Shown: positions 18,598-28,662 of the stretch, in pieces | Layout of the letters: each line of letters begins with the position of its first letter | How positions within the stretch are numbered: the stretch's first letter is position 1 | NCBI GenBank assembly: GCA_048498595.1 | Contig: JBEHXR010000001.1 | Span: forward strand, 1 to 42,413 | Reading direction: 5' to 3' | DNA: 42,413 nucleotides | DNA from: Bacteroidota bacterium | GTDB lineage: Bacteria > Bacteroidota > Bacteroidia > Chitinophagales > Chitinophagaceae | The notes under the pieces: model-generated | The model's input: the letters and a program-made list of their open reading frames with translations, nothing else | The model's database searches: none | What the model was told of the DNA's origin: nothing | Made by a program: the position numbers and the translations under genes

Positions 18598-19138
18598 AAA
18601 AATTGTTGCGATAGGACCGGAAAGCACAGGCAAAAGTACCTTGTGCAAACAGCTTGCAGCGCATTTTAATACAACCTGGTGCCCTGAATATGCGCGTGAA
18701 TATTTGCATCAAAACGGAATAAAGTACAACTATGGTGATTTGGAAAAAATTGCAGAAGGTCAATTAGTAATTGAAGATTATTTTGAAAATGAAATGAACG
18801 CTCAACTCACAACTAATAGCGCGCAGCTTTTATTCATCGATACCAACATGTACGTAATGAAAGTTTGGTATGAATATGTATTTGGCAGATGCGAATATTT
18901 TGTGCTGGATGAAATTGCTGCAAGAGAGTATGATTTGTATTTGCTCTGCAACATTGATTTGCCGTGGATAGAAGACGAAATGAGGGAATACCCTGATGAA
19001 CAGCCAAGAAAAGAACTTTATAATATTTATAAAGACATTCTCATTAACCAAAAAACAAATTGGATTGAAATAAGTGGTAATTATGACGAGCGCTTACAAA
19101 AAGCAATCGCTGCTGTTGAAAAATATTGCTCGGTCTAA
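18590..19138 (+). CDS. NadR-type P-loop kinase (ribosylnicotinamide-kinase-like, AAA_28)
   Basis: Walker A GPESTGKST, PEYAREYL, FIDT and YDLYLL..DLPW. ATG 18590 overlaps the pnuC end; no NMNAT or HTH domain. Confidence 0.82.
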   Translation: MIKKIVAIGPESTGKSTLCKQLAAHFNTTWCPEYAREYLHQNGIKYNYGDLEKIAEGQLVIEDYFENEMNAQLTTNSAQLLFIDTNMYVMKVWYEYVFGRCEYFVLDEIAAREYDLYLLCNIDLPWIEDEMREYPDEQPRKELYNIYKDILINQKTNWIEISGNYDERLQKAIAAVEKYCSV

Positions 19139-19953
19139 TAATCTGTTTTAAAAGAATTACCGAAAGGAATTTTCAAAAGATCTTTTACGTTTTCATCGTT
19201 TCTGCCTTGTAAAACATCAAGTCCGTAATGAATATTTTCAACCGGTGTTTTGCAATAAGTTCCAAATAATTTATCCCAGAAAGGAAAGATATTACCAAAG
19301 TTTGTATCGGTTTCAGGACGAATATAATGATGATGGATACGATGCATGTTTGGCGTTATGATAATATATGAAAGCACCTTATCCAACCGCCGGTTCATTT
19401 TAATATTTGCATGATTGAATTGCGAAAGCAAAACACTAAGGCTCTGATATAAAAACACAAGCCACATAGGCGCGCCGCAAATAAATACTGCCAATGTTGT
19501 AAATACAGCACGCAAAACACTTTCACCCGGATGATGACGATTGGCTGTTGTGGTATCAACATGCGTATCTGAATGGTGGATTACATGAAACTTCCACATC
19601 CATTTTATTTTATGCTCAATGTAATGAATGAACCATGCACCAATAAAATCAAGCAGCATTAACCCAACGATTAATTCAAGCCACAGCGGCATTTCAATCC
19701 ATTGTAAAACACCAAACTTATTTTTTAAACACCAATCGCTTGTAAGAACGATCAGTAATGCAAAGGCAAAATTTACAATGATGGTTGTAATGGTGAAGAA
19801 AATATTTATACCTGCATGTTTCCATTTGTTGTATTTAAAACTGAATAAAGGAATGGCGCTTTCAATCAGCCAAAAAAGTGCAAGACCACCGGCAAGAATT
19901 AATGCACGTGTATGCGATGGCATGTTTTGAAAATATTGAACTACAGAATTCAT
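19135..19953 (-). CDS. Sterol desaturase / fatty acid hydroxylase family protein
   Basis: His boxes HYIEH, HVIHH, RHHP, NHAN and HRIHHH; TNFGNIFPFWDKLFGT. Confidence 0.9.
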   Translation of the reverse strand: MNSVVQYFQNMPSHTRALILAGGLALFWLIESAIPLFSFKYNKWKHAGINIFFTITTIIVNFAFALLIVLTSDWCLKNKFGVLQWIEMPLWLELIVGLMLLDFIGAWFIHYIEHKIKWMWKFHVIHHSDTHVDTTTANRHHPGESVLRAVFTTLAVFICGAPMWLVFLYQSLSVLLSQFNHANIKMNRRLDKVLSYIIITPNMHRIHHHYIRPETDTNFGNIFPFWDKLFGTYCKTPVENIHYGLDVLQGRNDENVKDLLKIPFGNSFKTDY

Positions 19954-19983
19954 ACAGCAATTAAACTACAAGTTAGCACAAAT

Positions 19984-20010
19984 AAAAAAAGCCGGCAATT
20001 TGGCCGGCTT
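19984..20010 (-). terminator. Rho-independent terminator downstream of frr
   Basis: AAGCCGGC-aatttg-GCCGGCTT hairpin with a flanking A-run (U-tract on the minus strand). Confidence 0.8.
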
Positions 20011-20032
20011 CTTAAAATATTTTTTAGGAATA

Positions 20033-20599
20033 TTATACTGCCATCATTTCTTTTTCTTTTGCAGCAAGATGCTTATCAACTAAAGCAATGTATTTGTTCG
20101 TCGTTTCCTGTATTGTGTTTTCGCCGTCTGTGGCAACATCTTTACTTAATCCGTCTTTCTGCAATTTTTTAATTTCTTCAATCGCATCGCGACGGATATT
20201 TCTTATAGCAACTTTTGAGTGCTCACCTTCTGCACTTGCTTTTTTAAAAAGTTCTTTTCTGCGTTCTTCTGTTAATGGAGGAAGAAACAACCGAATCTGA
20301 TTACCGTCATTCTGTGGTGTAATTCCAATATTGGCTTGCAAAATTGCCCGTTCAATTGCCTGCAACATATTTTTTTCCCAGGGTTGAATGCTTATAGTGC
20401 GTGCATCAAGAATAGTTACGTTGGCAAGTTGCGTTAAATGTGTCGGGCTTCCGTAATATTCCACAAAAATTCCGTCAACCATTGTTGGGTTTGCTTTACC
20501 TGCCCTGATTTTTGTAAGTTCTGTTTCGAGATGGCTGATTGCTTTTTTCATTGATGATTCCGCGTCATCAATTACCAGTTCCAGTTCTTCTGTTTGCAT
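20033..20599 (-). CDS. frr: Ribosome recycling factor
   Basis: IRAGKA, YYGSPT, PQNDG, PPLTEERRKEL and VAIRNIRRDA. Confidence 0.97.
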   Translation of the reverse strand: MQTEELELVIDDAESSMKKAISHLETELTKIRAGKANPTMVDGIFVEYYGSPTHLTQLANVTILDARTISIQPWEKNMLQAIERAILQANIGITPQNDGNQIRLFLPPLTEERRKELFKKASAEGEHSKVAIRNIRRDAIEEIKKLQKDGLSKDVATDGENTIQETTNKYIALVDKHLAAKEKEMMAV

Positions 20600-20652
20600 A
20601 AAAATTATTTAGAAAACATCAAAACTAAGCAATCAGTCGAATAGGTAAAATA

Positions 20653-21792
20653 TCAATCCTCGTTTGCAGTAATTTTTTCTTTAACTGGATATATAACATA
20701 AACCTTAGATTCTGCTGTTTGTTCTTCAGATTGTTCTTCACGCACAATATGCAACTTTTTACGGGCAGGAATGAAACGTTTTAATACGTAAACAGAACCA
20801 AAATATAAAATAAACTGACTTGCGAGAACAACATTTATATTAATATTTTTTAGAGAAAGTGTGATTAAAGCAAAGAAAAATTCTCCGGTTAATAACGTTA
20901 TTGTTACCTCGCTGTGAGAAAGCCCTTTGTTTTGTAATAAATGATGCAAATGGCTTCTATCGGGCGCTAATGGAGATTTGCCTCTTGCAATACGCAATGC
21001 AAAAACACGCAAAACATCCATTAACGGAATGAGTAAAAACCCAAAAGCAACAACAGGTGTTGCATAATGTGCAAGATTTACCTGGATTGTACTGTTTTCT
21101 ACAAATTTTATAGCAAGTATACTGCAGATAAGCCCAATAAGCGTTGACCCTGAATCGCCCATGAAAATTTTTGCAGGTGGAAAATTATACATTAGAAAGG
21201 CCAGCAACGCGCCTGCAATAGAAAAAGCTAAAACAGCGTAAGGCAATACATTATTAATAAGAAAAAATGTTCCAAAAAATAAACAGGCAACAAGCCCGAT
21301 GGAACCGGCAAGACCATCAACCCCGTCTAAAAGATTGAAAGCATTTATAAGAAGAATGATTGTGAAAAAGGTTATGTATATACTTTCAGTATGTGTGAGT
21401 GCATGAATACCTAAAAAGCCATGCAGATTGCTAACCAAAAGATTGCCTTTTAAAGTAAGTACCGCTGCTACAGCTAATTGGCCTAACGTTTTTTTCCAGG
21501 CTTTTAAAATAAAAATATCATCAATAAGCCCTAAAATAAATATCACGAAAAAACCTGCCATGTAATATTGCAGATCGGCATTGTAATTATTGAAATCAGA
21601 TACAAGCAACATGCTTAATATCAGCCCTGAAAATATTGCAATACCGCCTAAAGATGAAACAGGGTAGTTGTGCGTTTTACGCTCATCCGGTATATCATAA
21701 ATCTTATTTTCGTGCGCTAATTTAATTATTAACGGGAGTAGGAAGAAAGTTGTTAAGTAAGCGATAATAACACCAATAGCTACTTGTATCAT
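20653..21792 (-). CDS. WecA/TagO-like polyprenyl-phosphate sugar-1-phosphate transferase (MraY family)
   Basis: D.PDERK.H, LGGIAI, GLIDD, NAFNLLDGVDGL, FMGDSGS and DRSHLHH. Start re-assigned to ATG 21792, with a -7 element TATATTTG upstream. Confidence 0.85.
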   Translation of the reverse strand: MIQVAIGVIIAYLTTFFLLPLIIKLAHENKIYDIPDERKTHNYPVSSLGGIAIFSGLILSMLLVSDFNNYNADLQYYMAGFFVIFILGLIDDIFILKAWKKTLGQLAVAAVLTLKGNLLVSNLHGFLGIHALTHTESIYITFFTIILLINAFNLLDGVDGLAGSIGLVACLFFGTFFLINNVLPYAVLAFSIAGALLAFLMYNFPPAKIFMGDSGSTLIGLICSILAIKFVENSTIQVNLAHYATPVVAFGFLLIPLMDVLRVFALRIARGKSPLAPDRSHLHHLLQNKGLSHSEVTITLLTGEFFFALITLSLKNININVVLASQFILYFGSVYVLKRFIPARKKLHIVREEQSEEQTAESKVYVIYPVKEKITANED

Positions 21793-21901
21793 AAAGGGAC
21801 TATTTAAGCAGGGTCGGGCAAATATAAATTCAAATCCAACCTTAGACAAAACATATTTTTTAACGGCTGCGTTGGAATTAATTAAAAAAAAATTAAAACA
21901 A

Positions 21902-23839
21902 TTAATGAAGACTTCGTAAAACAGTGTCATTAATTTTTACAGGATATTGTTTTTTTAGTTCTGCGATCCATTGCTTTTCCAATTGCTCCTGGTAATCATT
22001 AATAACCAAACCTTTTGCGTCTTCAAAGCTGCGGGGCTCAGGCTGTGGATATACCTTAATTATATGAATAAAGGTATAGGCATCGCCTGCGTCGTTTGCT
22101 TCAGCTGTTGTTTGAAAGCCCTCTTCCATTTGTACCGGTTGTTTTACCGGCAATTGATCCTGTTCGAAACGACTACTATCTGCATATATTGAATTTCCAT
22201 AACCCGCAATAATTGTGCGCCATTTTAAGGGTTCTGCTTTTATTTTTTCTGCAACCTCATTTACAGTTGCTTTATCTGCACCTGAAATAACCAATGCTGT
22301 TACGCTTTTATTCCATTTATAATCACCGGAATGCTCTGTAAAATATTTCTCTAAACCCGCAGAATCCTGCGAGGCCTTGTTCCAAACATGTTTGTCCATT
22401 ACGTAAAACAACATATTTGCATCATTAAACTCTTTTAGTTGCGCCATTATTGATGGATCAAAATCCTCAATATTTTCCCTGTAGTAATCCGTACACGAAG
22501 TATTTATAAAGTCTTGCATCAATTTTTCATATCCAATATTTTCCGGCGCCGCAACAACTAAGTTTTGTTGACTCTTCAGATAACTGATCCAATCATTTGT
22601 TGTAAACTTCTTTTTTTCAAACTCAAATAATATAGTTGATGGCTTTATACTTTTTAACGCAGGCGGCAGCTTATCGTCTTGCTGAAGTGCAGTGTCTGTG
22701 TAAGCCCACAAGTCAGTACGATTATAATCATCATTCTTAAATTTTACAAGCTTTAGCCATTTTTGAACAAGATTTTTCTTTGCTGCATCAAGCCTTCCAT
22801 CTGTCTGAATTTTTTGCTGCAAATAAGCGGTGTAGGTTACATCATTTTCATCTGCAGAAACCGGCAGGGTTTCAACAAGCTTAACAATATTAAAACCGTA
22901 AGACGTTTTAAACGGTTTAGTAAAGTCGTCTGGATTTTTTAAACTGAATACTTTATTTTCAAAACTGCTGTCGTATTCACCAACATTAATTTCAATCGTT
23001 GCAGATTGATCGTACTGCTCATAATTTTTTCCATAAGCCAATAACTGTGTTTGAAATGGCACACCACTTTGAAGTAATGTATAAACTGAATCTGCCTGTT
23101 GACGTGCATCTTCAATTTGCGCAGCAGTAAAAAATTGCGGTGTTGAAAATATTAATTGTTGAATTTTTCTTCTGCCCAAGGCAGGTCTTTCGCCTGCATT
23201 TTTAAAAATATGATAACCAATATTGCTTTTATAAATAGATGAAAAAGCGTTTGCCGGCAAAGTATATACAATATTTTCTATTGAATAAGGCAGCGTGAAA
23301 ACGGTAATGTAACCAATGGTTCCCTTTGCAGCTTTGGTATTTGCATCCGTTGAGTATTGTTCTGCAACGTCTTCAAAATTTCTGCCTTCAGTTAACGCCA
23401 CATAAGCTTTTTTAATTTGATTAAACGCGTCCGTTGTATCAATGCCATTAAACGGAACAAAAACTTCTTGTAATAAAATATCTTTTTGACTGCGAACAAA
23501 TGCTTCGTGCAGTAGCTTATTTACATCTGCCTGCTGGTTAATAAAATTATCGGTAAGCTGTGTTTTAAAATTTTCAGCTTCTCCTTTTAAATCTGCATTT
23601 GTATTTACTTTTTCATCATAAGCAGCCTGTAATTTCAGGCGAAAGTTTATGTATAAGTCAAGATAATCGCGCAGCTTTTGCTGCCTGTTTCCCGTTGTGT
23701 CCGGGTTTTTATTGTAAGCTTCCAGAAATTCATCTTTCAATACTGCATGGTTGCCGTAAGTAAATAACGTTTGAGATTTTAAGGCAGCTGAAAAAAATAA
23801 AATAAAGCATGCAGCAATTGCACTTAATTTTTTAAGCAT
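21902..23839 (-). CDS. Exported parvulin/PpiC-type peptidyl-prolyl isomerase (SurA/PpiD-like chaperone)
   Basis: Signal peptide; YINFRLK; FEDVAEQYS.D...GTIGY and GYHIFK / YGFNIVK rotamase segments; C-terminal DYQEQLEKQWI.ELK. Confidence 0.82.
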   Translation of the reverse strand: MLKKLSAIAACFILFFSAALKSQTLFTYGNHAVLKDEFLEAYNKNPDTTGNRQQKLRDYLDLYINFRLKLQAAYDEKVNTNADLKGEAENFKTQLTDNFINQQADVNKLLHEAFVRSQKDILLQEVFVPFNGIDTTDAFNQIKKAYVALTEGRNFEDVAEQYSTDANTKAAKGTIGYITVFTLPYSIENIVYTLPANAFSSIYKSNIGYHIFKNAGERPALGRRKIQQLIFSTPQFFTAAQIEDARQQADSVYTLLQSGVPFQTQLLAYGKNYEQYDQSATIEINVGEYDSSFENKVFSLKNPDDFTKPFKTSYGFNIVKLVETLPVSADENDVTYTAYLQQKIQTDGRLDAAKKNLVQKWLKLVKFKNDDYNRTDLWAYTDTALQQDDKLPPALKSIKPSTILFEFEKKKFTTNDWISYLKSQQNLVVAAPENIGYEKLMQDFINTSCTDYYRENIEDFDPSIMAQLKEFNDANMLFYVMDKHVWNKASQDSAGLEKYFTEHSGDYKWNKSVTALVISGADKATVNEVAEKIKAEPLKWRTIIAGYGNSIYADSSRFEQDQLPVKQPVQMEEGFQTTAEANDAGDAYTFIHIIKVYPQPEPRSFEDAKGLVINDYQEQLEKQWIAELKKQYPVKINDTVLRSLH

Positions 23840-23845
23840 AACAAA

Positions 23846-25303
23846 TTATTGGGAAGAGGTAACAGATTTTAGTTTGGTTTCTATTAATCCATCATACTGA
23901 TCGAGGCTAAGACCTTTTGCTACAATTCTTTTTTTATCGTCTAATAAAAAATAAGTTGGTGTTTGAGAGATGTCGTAAAGCTGGCGATAATCCGCCTGGT
24001 TAGAAGCCTCAAGTTGCTTTCTTTTTTCAGGGGTTTCATAACCATGATACCAGCCGCTTAAATTATGTTCTCTTATGAATTTTTTCCAATCATCAATTAC
24101 ATTATCATTTACACAAACCGCTAAAATTTTTACACCTTCATTTTTCCATTTTGCCTCATAAAAAGAATCAAGCCTGGGAACCTGTAGCTGGCAATGGCTG
24201 CAATGCGGATCCCAAAAAACAACAAATGTTAGCGGCGCAGTAATATTATATAATGAAATATCTTTTCCAGCAGTATCAGTTAAATCAAGCGCCGCAGCCT
24301 GGTCGTTAAGTTGGTTCGCCATCAGGCTGTAAGCTCTGTCGAAAATATATTTTTTCTGTTTGTCGTTCAGCCATGTTGTATCACCTTTAGAGAAAAAGTT
24401 TTCAAACAAAAACAGAAACACTTTATCCTGTCCCATATATTCAGGGTTGATATATTTATCTGTAAACTTTCCCAATAAAAATCGGTGTAATTCATCTGCG
24501 CCCCTGGATGCAAGCAACATATAATTCACGTCATTGATGATAGAATCAGGATCTGGCGAAACGTAATATTTATAATAATCATCGAGTTTCGGTTCAAAAA
24601 AAGGCGTATGCAAAAGCATGTTGTTATTAAAATCAACATTATCCCAATAATGATCTTTTACATAATAAAAAGGATATAGTGAATCTACTTTGCCATTGCT
24701 TAAAACTCTTGGTTGCGGACGATCAGGAATTTTTGCAATCTGCAGCAAGGCTGCAAGCATCGAGTTGGGTTTTGTATTGATAACATTGTTGCGATAGTTG
24801 CTTAACTCAGTTCCTTTTTTTGAAATTTCCTTTTCAATTGCTGATGAATCAGCAGAAGTTTTTGCTGCCTTTAGTTGTTCTTCCAAAGTATTCAACTCAG
24901 GAGAAATCTTAGAAAGAAAAACGGTGTAATCAGCAAAAATTGTATTGTCTGGCGAGCCGGTGAATTTAATATCTGCAGGTTTTGTTGAATCAGAAAAAAC
25001 GCTGAAGTGCTGTGCAGAATCCATCAGCAGTTCAAATAAAATAACTTTCTCCGGCGATACAAGAAAGTAAATGCCTTGCTGTAATTTTTCATCACCTTTA
25101 AAAATGGCAACACCCTTTGTGTTGGCAATGGCAGAATCAACCAAAATCTTTCTTTTGCCATAATAACTGCCCAAATAAATTTTTACATTTTTAAAATCTG
25201 TGGTCGCAGTTATCTCATATCCCTTGGCGTTTGCCTGAGCTCTAAGAGGTTGGTTAAAGGCTAAAAACAAAATACATATTACAGCAGCCAAAAAGTTCCT
25301 CAT
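23846..25303 (-). CDS. Exported DUF5106/redoxin-domain protein with a C-terminal thioredoxin fold
   Basis: Signal peptide from ATG 25303; HYWDNVDF; VFWDPHCSHC (CxxC) and TPTYFLLD. Confidence 0.75.
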   Translation of the reverse strand: MRNFLAAVICILFLAFNQPLRAQANAKGYEITATTDFKNVKIYLGSYYGKRKILVDSAIANTKGVAIFKGDEKLQQGIYFLVSPEKVILFELLMDSAQHFSVFSDSTKPADIKFTGSPDNTIFADYTVFLSKISPELNTLEEQLKAAKTSADSSAIEKEISKKGTELSNYRNNVINTKPNSMLAALLQIAKIPDRPQPRVLSNGKVDSLYPFYYVKDHYWDNVDFNNNMLLHTPFFEPKLDDYYKYYVSPDPDSIINDVNYMLLASRGADELHRFLLGKFTDKYINPEYMGQDKVFLFLFENFFSKGDTTWLNDKQKKYIFDRAYSLMANQLNDQAAALDLTDTAGKDISLYNITAPLTFVVFWDPHCSHCQLQVPRLDSFYEAKWKNEGVKILAVCVNDNVIDDWKKFIREHNLSGWYHGYETPEKRKQLEASNQADYRQLYDISQTPTYFLLDDKKRIVAKGLSLDQYDGLIETKLKSVTSSQ

Positions 25304-25434
25304 GGTTAAAAAATTGCGTAAATATATTTCAATATCCATTTGCATTTGTTAATCATAAGTAAAACAGCCTTAGGTAAAGGGTTATTCTTTATACGGTTTA
25401 GATAAAACTGCTTTGATAATTTACTTTTGCCGCG

Positions 25435-26865
25435 GTGAGAAATTTTAAAAAGCCGGTTATATTTAAACAGCTTCAGATTGAAAATTACGCTGCTGAAGGC
25501 AGATCGCTTGCAAGGGCTGATGGTAAAGTAATATTTATTGAAAACACGGTGCCGGGTGATATTGTGGATGTTCAGCTTTATAAAAATAAGAAAGATTGGG
25601 CTGAAGGTTTTCCTATCTATTTTCATAAATATTCTGAACAAAGGGTAGAACCTTTTTGTTCGCACTTTGGTATTTGCGGCGGCTGTCAGTGGCAAATGCT
25701 GCCGTATGAAAAACAGCTGATGTATAAACAAAAGCAAGTTGATGATGTGCTGCAACGAATTGGCAAAACGGCGCTGCCATCAATTAACCAAATAATTGGT
25801 GCTGACGAAACAAAATTTTATCGCAATAAAATTGAATACGCATTTTCAACAAAACAATTTATTCCCGAAAATGTGTTCAGGCAGCTAATAGATGAACATG
25901 CAGATGTGAAATCTTTCAGCGAAAAAAATGTTGCAGGTTTTTTTGCAAAGGGTTTATTTGATAAGGTGGTTGAAATAAAAAAGTGTTTTCTGCAGGCAGA
26001 GCCAACGAATGAAATAAGAAATGCAATCGCTGATTTTGCACGCACAAATAATTTTTCTTTTTATGATTTCAGGGCACATGAAGGCTGGCTGCGCAACATG
26101 TTGGTGCGTATGGCAACCACTGGGCAAATAATGTTGAACATCGTTCTTACAAAATATGATGAAGCGAAAACGCAATTGTTGTTTGATTTTATTTTGAAAA
26201 GCTTTCCTGAGGTAACAACGCTTTTATATACCATCAACAATAAAAGAAACGACAGCATTTTTGATCTTCAACCGCAAATTGTAAAAGGTGAAGGTTATAT
26301 AACGGAACATCTGGAAAATTTTAAATTTAAGATCAGCCCCAAATCTTTTTTTCAGACAAATACAAAGCAAGCCGAAAAACTTTATCGCATTGCAAGAGAT
26401 TTTGCTGGGTTAACAAATGTTGAAACTGTATATGATTTGTACTGTGGAACGGGCAGCATCGGTATTTTTGTAAGCGGGCAGGCAAAAAAAATAATTGGCG
26501 TTGAAGTGGTAAGCGAAGCGGTTGAAGATGCAAAAGAGAACGCATCAATTAATGATATAACAAACGCAAGCTTTTATAACGGCGATGTAATTGATGTTTG
26601 TACCAGTGAATTTTTTGAAGAGAATGGCAAGCCGGATGTGATAATGGTTGATCCGCCGAGAGCAGGTTTACATGGTAAGCTGGTTGAAAAATTATTAGAG
26701 ATAGAATCGCCGGTTATTGTTTATGTAAGTTGTAACCCTGCAACGCAGGCAAGAGATTTGAGCATTTTAAACGAAAAATATTCGGTTGAAAAAATTCAAC
26801 CGGTTGATATGTTTCCGCATACACATCACATTGAAAACGTTATTCAGTTAAAAATAAAAGCATAA
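25435..26865 (+). CDS. rlmD: 23S rRNA (uracil-1939-C5)-methyltransferase
   Basis: TRAM domain, CSHFGICGGCQWQ Fe-S motif, SFFQTN, DLYCGTG, DPPRAG, YVSCNPATQARD and DMFPHTHHIE. Confidence 0.93.
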   Translation: MRNFKKPVIFKQLQIENYAAEGRSLARADGKVIFIENTVPGDIVDVQLYKNKKDWAEGFPIYFHKYSEQRVEPFCSHFGICGGCQWQMLPYEKQLMYKQKQVDDVLQRIGKTALPSINQIIGADETKFYRNKIEYAFSTKQFIPENVFRQLIDEHADVKSFSEKNVAGFFAKGLFDKVVEIKKCFLQAEPTNEIRNAIADFARTNNFSFYDFRAHEGWLRNMLVRMATTGQIMLNIVLTKYDEAKTQLLFDFILKSFPEVTTLLYTINNKRNDSIFDLQPQIVKGEGYITEHLENFKFKISPKSFFQTNTKQAEKLYRIARDFAGLTNVETVYDLYCGTGSIGIFVSGQAKKIIGVEVVSEAVEDAKENASINDITNASFYNGDVIDVCTSEFFEENGKPDVIMVDPPRAGLHGKLVEKLLEIESPVIVYVSCNPATQARDLSILNEKYSVEKIQPVDMFPHTHHIENVIQLKIKA

Positions 26866-26876
26866 CCTATAATTGA

Positions 26877-27704
26877 ATGAGAGAATTTAGACCAGGCAGT
26901 TTCCAGATATTACCACCCGTTATTAAAAATCTTTTAATTATTAACGTGCTTGTGTTTTTAGCACACCATCCGTTTGCCCCTACTGCAGGTTCGCAAACAA
27001 TGGAAAATCTTTTTGCATTGCATACATGGCAAAGCCCTTTGTTTAAACCATGGCAATTCATTACGCATTTGTTTATGCATGGAAGCTGGGCACACATTCT
27101 TTCAAACATGTTTGCATTATGGATGTTTGGTTCTGTGCTTGAAAATTTATGGGGGCCGAGACGATTTCTCATTTTTTATTTTGTTTGTGGACTTGGTGCA
27201 GCATTATGCCACATGGTTGTTTTATATTTTGAAACAAATACTTTATTAAACAGCTACCATGCATTAATGCAAAACTTTAATCTTTCAAGCTTCACCCAAT
27301 TTTATTCTAAAGAACATATAGGTAACTATTATGACGGTTCTCAACTATTGCAACAATGGCAAGCAAATCCTTCTGATATGGCATCTGCTCAACAGGCAGT
27401 TAGCGTGGCAAGTCAATTCACCGCTGAAAGAATTAATGAAGGCACATTAGGCGCTTCCGGGGCAATTTTTGGATGCCTTGTAGCTTTTGGTTATCTTTTT
27501 CCAAATACCCTCATATATTTCTATTTCTTTATACCACTTAAGGCAAAATGGTTCGTATTAATTTATGCAGGCTTTGAACTTGTAATGGCTTTGCAAAACA
27601 GTGCTGGCGATAATGTGGCACATGTGGCGCATTTAGGTGGTGCTTTGTTTGGATTTTTATTGGTATTGTTTTGGAATAAAAATAACAAGCGAACGTTTTA
27701 TTAA
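26877..27704 (+). CDS. Rhomboid intramembrane serine protease
   Basis: PWQFITHLFMHG, HILSNM, catalytic GASG and AHVAHLGG. Confidence 0.92.
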   Translation: MREFRPGSFQILPPVIKNLLIINVLVFLAHHPFAPTAGSQTMENLFALHTWQSPLFKPWQFITHLFMHGSWAHILSNMFALWMFGSVLENLWGPRRFLIFYFVCGLGAALCHMVVLYFETNTLLNSYHALMQNFNLSSFTQFYSKEHIGNYYDGSQLLQQWQANPSDMASAQQAVSVASQFTAERINEGTLGASGAIFGCLVAFGYLFPNTLIYFYFFIPLKAKWFVLIYAGFELVMALQNSAGDNVAHVAHLGGALFGFLLVLFWNKNNKRTFY

Positions 27705-27730
27705 AAAACAGTTTAAAGTAATTTTACTTC

Positions 27731-28639
27731 ATGTCGGTGACGGAGAGAAATAAGAGAATACCCATACTTGGACAAGACAATAATGCGCTAACCTGGCTTA
27801 TTATTATTAATGCTGTAATTTTTCTTGCGCTATTATTTATAAAGCTTGTTTATCAAATCAGCGGCGATACAGGACTGCAATCTTATCAAACACAAATTGC
27901 AGATTGGTTTACGTTGCCGGCAAGTATTGCAAAACTTCTTACACGTCCATGGACGATTATTACCTACATGGTTGCGCACGATAATCTTTGGTATCTTATA
28001 AGCAGCTTATTATGGCTTTGGTGCTTTGGTTATATTTTACAAGACCTTGCTGGTAATGGCAAGATCATTCCAATTTATTTTTATGGTGGTATTGTTGCAG
28101 CAATCACTTTTATAGCTTCTGCAAATCTTTTTGCCTCATTAAAACCAGATGTGGATTTTCTCTCACAAACAGGTGCGGCGGCTTCTGTTGTTGCAATTGC
28201 CGTTGCGGTTACAACACTTGCACCTAATTATAGAGTTTTTCAAATGTTGAATGGCGGTATTCCTATATGGATTATAACCATCATTTTTATTGCTATAGAT
28301 TTCGGTACCGTTGGAATGGTGAACGGTGCAGTTGCCTTATCACATGTTGCAAGCGGTTTAACAGGGTTTGCTTTTGTTAAGCAATTAAGAAAAGGCAACG
28401 ATCTCGGTTTATGGATGACACGATTTTCTGATTGGGTAAATGATCTTTTTAATCCTGAGAAAAAAGTAAAAGCAAATCAATCATATTACAAACCAACAAG
28501 AAAGCCTTACCAAAAAACTTTGCACGTAACGCAGCAAAAGCTTGATGAAATTCTTGATAAGATAAATTCTGAAGGATACCAGTACCTTTCTGATGATGAA
28601 AAAGAATTTTTAAAGAAAGCAAGTAACACTGATTTATAA
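27731..28639 (+). CDS. Rhomboid-family protein, probably catalytically inactive, with a C-terminal 'LDKI..GY..L' domain
   Basis: RPWTIITYM..H, GAAAS where GxS is expected, LSHVASG, and a C-terminal LDEILDKINSEGYQYLSDDEKEFL. Confidence 0.8.
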   Translation: MSVTERNKRIPILGQDNNALTWLIIINAVIFLALLFIKLVYQISGDTGLQSYQTQIADWFTLPASIAKLLTRPWTIITYMVAHDNLWYLISSLLWLWCFGYILQDLAGNGKIIPIYFYGGIVAAITFIASANLFASLKPDVDFLSQTGAAASVVAIAVAVTTLAPNYRVFQMLNGGIPIWIITIIFIAIDFGTVGMVNGAVALSHVASGLTGFAFVKQLRKGNDLGLWMTRFSDWVNDLFNPEKKVKANQSYYKPTRKPYQKTLHVTQQKLDEILDKINSEGYQYLSDDEKEFLKKASNTDL

Positions 28640-28662
28640 TGTGCAGGTAAGGTAAATAATGC

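Noticed and set aside
16733-19138. Convergent 4-bp stop-codon overlaps (16733-16736 and 19135-19138)
   Set aside because: A common feature of compact genomes; no evidence of special function.
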